IMG/VR virus record: IMGVR_UViG_3300042391_000634
Span: 124,001-188,000 of that record
Strand: one strand, 5' to 3'
DNA: 64,000 nt
Positions within the stretch are counted from its first letter, which is position 1, and every line of letters begins with the position of its first letter. The notes under the pieces were generated by a model that saw only the letters and a program-made list of their open reading frames with translations, ran no database searches and was not told the origin of the DNA. The translations under genes were made by a program, and so were the position numbers. Shown piece by piece: positions 35,575-45,500 of the stretch.

Positions 35575-37446
35575 ATGCCCAATTATTCAAAAATATTAAG
35601 TGAGTCAAGAAACGCAAGTGAAGCAATTAGTAAATGGAAAAGTGAAAATAATAACGTAATTGACGGAGCAACTGAATCATCTTTTAGGGGAGAACCATCT
35701 TCATCATTTAAAGGTGGTAATAATCCACAAACATCCGCAAACAGAGGTAGTATTACAGATCCTAGATCTGTGTTAAATGCGTCGGCGAACGTAAAATCAG
35801 GACTTTCTGAAAAGACAGACACATATGTTACTCCTGAAAAATTAGGAAAAAATTTGGGGGACGAAATTCTAAAACAAATAGAAAGAGAATCTCAATTACA
35901 TACTGACATCAATGAAAAAATGGGTATTACTGGAGAATTATCCAGAGCTTATAGAGATTCAATTATAGAAACAGTTCCAAGTGCAATTAGATTAGGTTTT
36001 GATATTAAAAATTTAACTGAATTAACAACAAAATTAGCTGAGACTTCTGGTAGATTTAATTTAATATCTCAAGATACAATGGAAAAGACCATTGTAACAA
36101 CAAGAGCGTTTGGAACAACAATGTTGGAAATGGGTAATACAATGTCTGAATTTGAAAAAATTGGTCTTGGTCAGTCAGATACATTAGCTAAAATTAATAA
36201 AGCTGGTAGAGATTCATTATCTGTAGGTTTAAATTCTAAAACTGTATTAAAAGATATACAAACTAATTTAGGAAAATTAAATGAATATGGGTTTAAAAAT
36301 GGAGTTGAAGGTTTAACTAGAATGTCTCAAAAGGCGACGGAATTTAGAATGAAAATGGATGAAGCATTTAAATTAGCGGACAAAGTAATGGACCCAAGTG
36401 ATGCAATATCATTAACTGCAAATATGCAAATGTTAGGTGGTGCCATAGGAGACCTTAACGATCCACTTAAGTTAATGTATATGGCAACAAATGATGTTGA
36501 GGGATTACAAGACGCATTACATGGTGCCGCTTCTGGTTTAGCCACATATAATCAAGAACAAGGTAGATTTGAAATTACAGGTGCCAATTTAAGGAGAGCA
36601 AAAGAAATGGCAAAAACTTTAGGTGTTGATTATAAAGAATTTGCTCAAGGTGCTATTGCCGCAAATGAAAGAATTTCAGCTGGTCAGGCGTTAGCGTCTA
36701 GAGGTCTTAATATAGACCCTAAGGATCAAGAATTTTTAACCAATATGTCCCAAATGAAGGGTGGTGAGATGCAAATCACAATACCACAAAGTTTAATGGA
36801 AAAATTTGGTAAAGATTTTAATAATAAAAGTGAGGTAAAATTATCTGAATTAACGGATAAACAAGTAGAAATATTAAAAGAAAATAGAAAGAAACTTGAA
36901 GAAATGAATCCTGAGGATATTGCAAAGGGACAATTTACCGCAATGAAAAACTCAGAAAACTATTTACAATCCATATCTGCTGAGATAGTACAAGGAGGTA
37001 AAAATAAATTAGTAGGTAGAAATGAATATACGGGTACTGTTGATAAAGAAAGAGGTGCTGTAAATTTAGAAGGTGTGGCTCAAACATGGGCTAAAGCTAC
37101 CGATCAACAATCTAAACAAATATTATTAGGTTTTGAAAATCAAATTACAACAACACTTAATAAAACCATTGAAACATTAAGTGTGGCGGTTAAAGGTGCT
37201 TTTGGAGAGACGTTTAAACCTGAAAATATAGATAAAAAACTTAAATCAATCTATGGTATGGGTGGAGGAGATATTAAAAATTTAGAAGCGGAAAATAGAA
37301 GATTAAAAGAATTTTACGATAAAGGTAATGGTAAAGACCAACCAATACCACATTTAGTTAATTTTAAATTTACCACAGTCGGAATGCCAGACGGTTCAAC
37401 ATTAGAGAATACTTCAGGTCGATCTTTTTTATTACCAACCAAGTAG
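35575..37446 (+). CDS. Tape-measure-like protein
   Basis: Long helical Ala/Gly/Leu/Met-rich protein directly after tube and chaperone genes; TATTTAT box at 35564-35570. Confidence 0.65.
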   Translation: MPNYSKILSESRNASEAISKWKSENNNVIDGATESSFRGEPSSSFKGGNNPQTSANRGSITDPRSVLNASANVKSGLSEKTDTYVTPEKLGKNLGDEILKQIERESQLHTDINEKMGITGELSRAYRDSIIETVPSAIRLGFDIKNLTELTTKLAETSGRFNLISQDTMEKTIVTTRAFGTTMLEMGNTMSEFEKIGLGQSDTLAKINKAGRDSLSVGLNSKTVLKDIQTNLGKLNEYGFKNGVEGLTRMSQKATEFRMKMDEAFKLADKVMDPSDAISLTANMQMLGGAIGDLNDPLKLMYMATNDVEGLQDALHGAASGLATYNQEQGRFEITGANLRRAKEMAKTLGVDYKEFAQGAIAANERISAGQALASRGLNIDPKDQEFLTNMSQMKGGEMQITIPQSLMEKFGKDFNNKSEVKLSELTDKQVEILKENRKKLEEMNPEDIAKGQFTAMKNSENYLQSISAEIVQGGKNKLVGRNEYTGTVDKERGAVNLEGVAQTWAKATDQQSKQILLGFENQITTTLNKTIETLSVAVKGAFGETFKPENIDKKLKSIYGMGGGDIKNLEAENRRLKEFYDKGNGKDQPIPHLVNFKFTTVGMPDGSTLENTSGRSFLLPTK

Positions 37447-37508
37447 ATAAAGATTATTAATACAATTAAAAAAACTATATATTATCTATTTATAGATAAA
37501 AGAATAAG

Positions 37509-40500
37509 ATGCCGAAATACCTAGATTTTGACGCTACTAAAGATTTTAGGGACGCAATGTTAAAAAGGACATTAAATCCTGTTTACGGAAAAAGTCCATC
37601 CCCTAAAACATTTACAAGTTCAAATTATACAGTTCAAAGTTTAGGAGATAGTGAAAATTTATTACTACCTCAAGTAGATGGTAATAGAAAAAATGACTTA
37701 TCATTACCACAAAAATTTAATATTTTTAAACCAACTGAATTTTTGGTTAAAGATACAATCAAAGATATACCAAGAAGGGCTAATTTAAATTTATATCCCT
37801 ATTTTACACAGACTAATAATACATTAATCGGTATCATGTTAACAAAAAACTACGATACTGAATCTGAATTATTTAAATTTGCTGCGAATAATATTAGAAC
37901 AAATCCACAAGGACCTGTCTTAGCTAGAATAAGTCAAAATCTTAATACCGCAATTAATGCAAAAAATAAGATAGGTGAGGCTTTAGGTGGTAATACGAAC
38001 ACGTTAATTAATATTATTAGAGGTAAACAACCTTTAATTGAGGGAAATGAAAGTATTACGGTATCAAGTAGTTTATTAGGTAAGGGAATTGATTTTTTAC
38101 AGACTGTTGCGGGAACTCAATTACCGTTTAGCACAATACCAGGAGATTACTTAACAAATCCTCGTAATCCGATTAATGTTAGACCAACGGATGTTTCCAC
38201 AGGAACTAAGGTTTGGCAGGATTTAACGGGTGTTTTAGGGTCAATAGTGGGTATTCAGAGAAGACCTTTACCATCAAGAAAACCATCGGATATATTGATT
38301 GAACATATGGGTAGTTCATCAAAAAATAGATTATTTGATTTATTATCATATTCAAAGTATGCTCCAGATTATACCACAACGGCAAGATCACAAATGTCAA
38401 CTCAATTAGGTAAAATACCTAGTCAAATTGCTCAAGGTGTAAAAAGTTTATTAGGTATGGAAGCACCAAATAGTGGTGCTTATATCGGTGATGATAGGGA
38501 AAATAATGTAAAAAACGCAACAACTGATTTATTTAGTGGAAGACCAACAAGAAGTAGTTATTATTTAACCCTTATGTATGATAAGGTATCCGCCGAATTA
38601 TTCCATAATACAAAAAGTATAATTGAGAACGGACCAATAGGTGGTAATTTAACTTGGATTAGTAAAAATAGAACCGATAAGTCCGATATTACAGGTTTAG
38701 GTAAAACAAAATCAACTGATTTTAAATTTAGAACAGATTCAATACTTGAAACTACACAACAAATATTAGACTCAAAACCACAAAATGGTGGTGATGCGTT
38801 ATCTCATATAGGTCGTGTTTTAGATCAGACAAGTAAATATTTTAAAGACGGAGATACATTAATTTCAAGAGGTTCTGGTGTTCGTTATATGGATAATTCA
38901 GGAAGAGATATTGGAGTTGAATATGCGAGAGTTTGGACTAAGGATAGACCATATCTTACATATGGTAATACAATGCCACTTTATAAAGAAACAACAAAAA
39001 AACCATATTATAAAGGTGGTGAGACCCCTTTTAGAAGAACAGGTATAAGAAGATTTGATAGTAGTGTAATGACAAATACTTGGAACCTTAATATGGCTCC
39101 AATGTCAGATGGAACATCAAGTAAAGATTTTCCAGGTTCATCTAATATAGTTAGAAATCCAAATGGAAAAGGTTTTTATGCTAAAAAATATATGTTATCT
39201 ATTGAGAATTTAGCGTGGGCGGCATCAACATTACCAGGATATACAGTTAATGATTTACCATATTCAGAAAGAGGACCTAATGGAGGTCGTGTTATGTGGT
39301 TTCCACCATATGATTTAAAAGTATCGGAACAAAATAGTGCAAAATGGGAACCTAATTTATTTTTAGGTCGTCCAGAACCAATTTACACATATCAAAATAG
39401 TGAAAGAAATGGAACAATTTCTTTTAAAGTAGTTGTCGATCACCCAAGTATATTAAATTTATTAATAAGAGAACATTTTAAATCTGTTAATGAAACAGAT
39501 ACGGATGCTTATATAAACGCATTTTTTGCTGGTGCGAAAGATATCGATTTTTATAGTTTAATTAGACAATATTCTAATTTAGATAGTGATGACATTACGA
39601 TGATACAAAATTACTTAGGTAATAATGGTAACCCTAATGATATTCAAAGATATAAAAATGCCGTTTCTTCACAAGTTGTAAATAATCCAGGTGGAACATC
39701 GACAGCTGATGCTAATAAAGAAAATGTAACAGAAAAATATATACTTCATTTTCCAAATAATTTACCAGGAGTTAAAAATAGCAGTATTTCAAATAAATCA
39801 TATGACGCTATAACAATTGATAAAACAAATAGTATAACTACTTTAACCACCACATTACAATCATTAGTTACAGGAACTGACCCAATAGATGATTCAGATA
39901 GAATTTCTGTTTTTGGTAAAAAAACATTAGAAAGTTTTGAATCAGGAACAACAATAAATAATATTGTAACAGATTTAACTACGTTATTAACAAATAATGA
40001 AACCTCCTTTACAAGTTTTAATACAACATTAGAAACATTAAAAACTAATTTAGAAAATAAAAATATACAAGGTGATGTTGTTATATTAGTTAGTTCCACA
40101 GCTTCTGGTGCCGGAGATGGTAGTGATGAAAATTATAAATTATCAGTAAGAAGATCACATTCAATTTTTCAAACTGTAATCAATAAAATAAAAAAGACAG
40201 ATCCACCTGCAGAAAATAAATGGGATTTTAAAGAATTAGAAGGTATAAAGTTTGCCGCTGGACTTGAAGTGTATCCATATGAGAAATCATATAGTTTTAC
40301 AAATCTAGGTTATGAAGGAGATAAAAGTATAATAATCAGAACAACAAATTACGGATCAAATGCAAATATTGACAAAATTGAATGTGGTAAAATAAAATAT
40401 ACAGGTAAAACAGGTAATGATTTATCAAAATATACACCACTATCTTATGGTTGTAGATCATCCGTAGTTTCAGTTGAATATGATAAAATAAAAAAGACAG

Positions 40501-42245
40501 AACCATCATCAAATGCTTCGGTAAAAAACACACTTACACCAACAGGGGTAATACCAACAAATAAAACTAAACCACCGATAGATTTAATGAAAAGAATTAT
40601 AATGAAAACATTGTCGGAAGAATATTACTTTAAGAAATTAGAGGAAACTTCACCAATGATTTATAGTTCTTTGAAAGAAAAATTAAGATACTTTCATCCG
40701 GGTTTTCACTCAATGACACCAGAGGGGTTAAACTCACGTTTAACATTTTTACAACAATGTTTAAGACCTGGAAATACAATACCTGTTAAAGGTATATCTG
40801 ACAATTCAGATATTAATGCAAGAAATACAACATTCGGACCACCACCAATCTGTGTGTTAAGAGTTGGAGATTTTTATAATTCAAAAGTTATTATAAAAGA
40901 CCTCAATATACAATTTGAGGAAAATACATGGGATTTAAATCCTGAAGGTATTGGCATCCAACCAATGATAGCCAGTGTTACAATGCAAATAAGTTTCTTG
41001 GGAGGACATGGTTTAGAAAAACCGATTGAGAGATTACAAAACGCATTATCATCTAATTTCTTTGCAAATACGGAAATGTATGATGAAAGAGCGGAATCAA
41101 CCAATACAAAAATAGGTGGTAAAGATGCTAACGAATTTACAAAAGAGTTTATACAAAGTTTAAATGACACACTTATACCACCAACAGGTTTAAAAGATAG
41201 TAACGGTAAAGGTTCGGTTGAAGGTCAATATATTGGAACTTTAGAACCTATGCAACCATCAATTAATTATACAACTGTAGTTGATGAACTTTTTAAAAGG
41301 ACAAATACATATTTTACATCATACGAGAGTTTCTATAATAATGTATTAACATCCAATGGTTCAATACTAACAAATTTAATTATTAATAAAGACTATAGAA
41401 AAATTAATACTTACGACGTATTCACTATAACAAGTACCCCAATTAGTTTATTTGGATTATATAAAGATAAAACATTACCAACCTATATTAATGACCTATC
41501 TACAAAATTAAATACATATTTAAAAGATTCAAATCCTTTATATTTGATTGATACGTTTGACTTAAATAATATTATACCACAAAAATACCAAACAGACATT
41601 AATCAAATATTAAGTAATAATATAATTAATATAACATCAACAAAATTAAATGAAATTAATGAGTTAAAAAGTATTAAAGAGTTTGAAACAAAAAGAAATG
41701 AATTAATTGAATCGTTAGACAAATTAAACTATATAACTCAAAATAGTTATGATGTTAAAACTGAAAAAAATAAATCTACCAAATTAACATTAGGAACTGG
41801 AGATTTTAATCCAATTGAATTTTATTCAAATTATAGTACGAATATTGATTATATTAATAGTAACACAACAAAAATGTATGAAAAGTTAGACACAAGTTTA
41901 AATTTTGAAAATATAGTAATAACACATGACGTTGTAAAAAATATATTAAATGCAATATTAAAGAATAGTGTCGATGATATTATTGTAGGAGTTGAAATTC
42001 CATTACCACAAGAAGACTATTCACTTTCACCTAAAATTAAAGACGGTATTACTAAATGGTTTACTAAAATAAAAGAGGAAAAATTAAAGTTTGGAAAACC
42101 ACCAATTCGTAAAAATAGTAAACCAGTTGTTTATACGATGCCACCATTAGACGTTAGTGAATCTGAAATTCCAACAACCGATGAAATAAAATGGTTATTT
42201 GGTCAAAAACATAATGTTACAGATAAATTAAATTATTATAGATAA
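37509..42245 (+). CDS. Large baseplate/tail-tube-initiator protein (gp48/gp54-like domains) with an internal OmpA-like domain
   Basis: Tube-like segments WFPPYDLKVSE...GRPEPIYTYQNSERNGTISF and PPICVLRVGDFY...IQPMIASVTMQISF; between them HFPNN...SSTAS...NYKLSVRRSHSI...CRSSVV. Confidence 0.6.
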   Translation: MPKYLDFDATKDFRDAMLKRTLNPVYGKSPSPKTFTSSNYTVQSLGDSENLLLPQVDGNRKNDLSLPQKFNIFKPTEFLVKDTIKDIPRRANLNLYPYFTQTNNTLIGIMLTKNYDTESELFKFAANNIRTNPQGPVLARISQNLNTAINAKNKIGEALGGNTNTLINIIRGKQPLIEGNESITVSSSLLGKGIDFLQTVAGTQLPFSTIPGDYLTNPRNPINVRPTDVSTGTKVWQDLTGVLGSIVGIQRRPLPSRKPSDILIEHMGSSSKNRLFDLLSYSKYAPDYTTTARSQMSTQLGKIPSQIAQGVKSLLGMEAPNSGAYIGDDRENNVKNATTDLFSGRPTRSSYYLTLMYDKVSAELFHNTKSIIENGPIGGNLTWISKNRTDKSDITGLGKTKSTDFKFRTDSILETTQQILDSKPQNGGDALSHIGRVLDQTSKYFKDGDTLISRGSGVRYMDNSGRDIGVEYARVWTKDRPYLTYGNTMPLYKETTKKPYYKGGETPFRRTGIRRFDSSVMTNTWNLNMAPMSDGTSSKDFPGSSNIVRNPNGKGFYAKKYMLSIENLAWAASTLPGYTVNDLPYSERGPNGGRVMWFPPYDLKVSEQNSAKWEPNLFLGRPEPIYTYQNSERNGTISFKVVVDHPSILNLLIREHFKSVNETDTDAYINAFFAGAKDIDFYSLIRQYSNLDSDDITMIQNYLGNNGNPNDIQRYKNAVSSQVVNNPGGTSTADANKENVTEKYILHFPNNLPGVKNSSISNKSYDAITIDKTNSITTLTTTLQSLVTGTDPIDDSDRISVFGKKTLESFESGTTINNIVTDLTTLLTNNETSFTSFNTTLETLKTNLENKNIQGDVVILVSSTASGAGDGSDENYKLSVRRSHSIFQTVINKIKKTDPPAENKWDFKELEGIKFAAGLEVYPYEKSYSFTNLGYEGDKSIIIRTTNYGSNANIDKIECGKIKYTGKTGNDLSKYTPLSYGCRSSVVSVEYDKIKKTEPSSNASVKNTLTPTGVIPTNKTKPPIDLMKRIIMKTLSEEYYFKKLEETSPMIYSSLKEKLRYFHPGFHSMTPEGLNSRLTFLQQCLRPGNTIPVKGISDNSDINARNTTFGPPPICVLRVGDFYNSKVIIKDLNIQFEENTWDLNPEGIGIQPMIASVTMQISFLGGHGLEKPIERLQNALSSNFFANTEMYDERAESTNTKIGGKDANEFTKEFIQSLNDTLIPPTGLKDSNGKGSVEGQYIGTLEPMQPSINYTTVVDELFKRTNTYFTSYESFYNNVLTSNGSILTNLIINKDYRKINTYDVFTITSTPISLFGLYKDKTLPTYINDLSTKLNTYLKDSNPLYLIDTFDLNNIIPQKYQTDINQILSNNIINITSTKLNEINELKSIKEFETKRNELIESLDKLNYITQNSYDVKTEKNKSTKLTLGTGDFNPIEFYSNYSTNIDYINSNTTKMYEKLDTSLNFENIVITHDVVKNILNAILKNSVDDIIVGVEIPLPQEDYSLSPKIKDGITKWFTKIKEEKLKFGKPPIRKNSKPVVYTMPPLDVSESEIPTTDEIKWLFGQKHNVTDKLNYYR

Positions 42246-42571
42246 TGAGTAGAGATTATTTTGACAGATATCAATTTTTTATAGATGACGGTAAATTTAG
42301 AATTGTACCGGGTATAGAAATTGCGATTAAAGGAACAGACAAATACATACAATATAAAAAAGGTAAAGATAGATTGGATAAAATGTCACAAGAGTATTAT
42401 GGTAGTCCTACTTTCGGTTGGTTGATATTACAATCAAACCCAACGGCTGGAGGGATAGAATTTGAGATACCCGATAATTTCTTTTTAAGAATACCATATC
42501 CATTAATTAGCTCTTTACAAGATTACAAAAGAGGTGTAGAATTGTATAATCTATATTATGGTGAAAAATAA
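42245..42571 (+). CDS. Baseplate wedge protein, gp53/LysM-like
   Basis: KGKDRLDKMSQEYYGSPTFGWLILQSNP...LRIP matches the gp53/gpX LysM-like pattern. Confidence 0.75.
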   Translation: MSRDYFDRYQFFIDDGKFRIVPGIEIAIKGTDKYIQYKKGKDRLDKMSQEYYGSPTFGWLILQSNPTAGGIEFEIPDNFFLRIPYPLISSLQDYKRGVELYNLYYGEK

Positions 42572-45500
42572 CGTATCAAATAGTGAGGATATACATGTTA
42601 AGGTAGATCAAAATAATTTAATTTATATTGACCCAAACTCTACTATCGACAATCAGGGTAACATTTCCCCAAGAAATATTAAGGCGGAAAAATTAGTTAT
42701 GTATGTTAATCTTGAGGCGGATATAATATCTAGATCAACATTAACATCAAATACGGATTCTAATACATTAACAAGTATTGCAAGTGGAACTTTAAATTTT
42801 CTTAAAAACGGAGACGGACAAGATTATGATACTTCATGGACTAACGCATTTTTAAATACACAAGAAAAAAAAGACGGTAAAGGAAATCCAACAGGTGAAT
42901 TTTACCAATCTGACAAATCGGGACAAACATTTGGTATTAATGATATTAAAATAGATATTAAAGGTTTTAATGCAATACCAACAATAACTATTAATTTTTT
43001 AGATGTAAGAGGTAAGACGTTATTTGAATCACCTGAAAATTCACCATATCAAGCGTTTTTTCATATCCCATGGCCAATATTTTATTTAACAGTAAAAGGG
43101 TTTTATGGTAAAGCTATAAAGTATAGATTACACTTAGTAAAGTTCAGTAGTAAATTCAATGAATCAAACGGTAATTTTGAGGTTAATACATCATTCGTTG
43201 GGTCAACATATGCGTGGTTATCCGATATACCATTACAAGGTATTTTAAATGCGCCATATCTTTTTCCAAGTGAGTCTGTTAAATCAGATAAAACAAATAC
43301 AATAACACTTAAAGAACTTGAAACAATCAAAAAATCTTCAAGAGGTTATGAAATATTAAAAACGGTTTATAATGAATATAAATTAAAAGGACTTATACCA
43401 AACGATTTTCCCATTAAAACATTACGAGAAGTTTTAACAATTGGTGAATCATTAGATTCATTATTAGAAAAACAAATATTTGACCAAGTTGTAGATATGA
43501 GATTATTTGCGGCAATGAAAGAATTCGGTCAAAATATTGATGACTTTGAAAAATCAATTAGAGGTTGGGCTAAAGAACGTTTAGAAACCAACCCCGTTCC
43601 ATCTATGATGGAACCTAATCCTACTGACCCATTAAACCCAATCCAATGGTATTATGTAAATGAAAAAGATAAAATTAAAGATGGTAGATTATATATTTCA
43701 GGATTGGAGGAAGGAAGGTTAGAACGTTTATTTAATTTATATATTGGAAAAGAAGGTAAGATTACAAAAAGTCAATTATTTGCTGAAAATTTAATAAAAG
43801 AAGGACAACCAACAATGATTAATAATACGGGTTCTTCTTTTACAAAAGGAGGATTAAAGGTTAGCACTATCGGAGATGTTAATCTTTATGTTAAAGAAGA
43901 TGATGATAAAAAAGTAGTTGTTAAAATTGATGAATTAATAAACGGCATAAGAGAAATTAGAAAAAACTTTCAACAACAAAGAGATAAATTGGAGAAAGAT
44001 GTTGAGAAAAAAATGAACGAAATTGTTCGTAATAAAAAGAACGGTTTTGGATTTGAACCAACAATTAGAAATTTATTTGCGGTTATTTTATCAAACGCAG
44101 AAGTTTTAATACGTATTATGAAAGATGTCCATAATAAGGCATTTGACCAAGCAGACACAAGAAAAAAAATAGTAGGTAATTTTTCTAAAGAAAGTAAAGG
44201 AGAATCAATATATCCATGGCCAGAATTAAAGGCCACAGTTCTTAATAAAGAAAATATAATTATATATCCAGGTGACCCTGATTTTCAAACCTTATTAGGT
44301 TCAGATAATTCAGTTAGATGGCCTGAGGTTGCATTTTTAGAAAGCTATATTGGTATTGCAACCAACAAAGTTGACCCGTTAGCGGAAAAAGAAAGTGGTA
44401 ATAGTAAAATTACCAATCAACCAGAAAATGATGTTGATATTAAAAAAATAAAAAAAATCAGCACATCAAATGCTATTTCTAGTATCATACCATATGTTAA
44501 TAAAGAACCCGATTCTTTTTTATATGAAATATATGAAAGGGCTTTCAATTCTACTTTAATAGATTCATTCAATGCATATAGTATTAAACAATTAGTAGAT
44601 GTAGAGTTTAATAATATATCAGAATCGGTTAAAAACGAAGGAAGTCTTAGAAAAATATTAAAAGAAAATGTTACCAGTAAAACAACATTAATTAATCAAT
44701 TAAATAAGTTATCTCCATTTGAAAAATATGCGTATTATAAAGATAACTTACCAACAACGAATTATTTAAAGGCTTTTTATGAGGTTCAATCATTTAATAT
44801 TGAACAATATCAAATATCAAATGATTATAATGATAAAAAATCATTTGAACTTTTAGATACAGAATTACAAAATTATATTCCCGAAACATATAGAAAAAAT
44901 ATATATCCGTTTTCTTCAAATACATATTTAAATTATATTGAAACAGGTAGAACATCAATAGACGACAATTTATTAGATTGTAAAAATTTTTTAAATATAG
45001 ACACAACACAAGGATTTATATCAGGTAAAATAGATCCTAAATTTTGGGTTAAAAATAGTGGTGCAACGGTAAATTTATTTTCACAAAAGTTTAATGTAGT
45101 TGATACATCCACAAATATTTTAAACACACCTTATTTTCACAAACAATTATTTTCAGATTTTAATGATATTACAATTAATAGTTCATATGGAAAATATGCC
45201 GGTTCGGCTTATCTTCTATTAAATTCATTACCATTTGTTGGTTTAGATGAAATAAAAACTGAAAATGTTAATAAAGTTTTAGTTTCTTCTTTATTTAGGG
45301 AAATTGGTTCTTCACAATATGTTCCATATCATTTAATGTTAAAATGGGGTTCCATTTATCATAGATATAAAAAATACTTAACCGAAGGAAAAGATATTTT
45401 AGGTGACCATTATGATGGTCTTGGTAATTTAACAAAAGAGGGTTGTATCACAACTGGATTTACAACGAATACAATTGACGGATCGACATTTTTTGATAAT

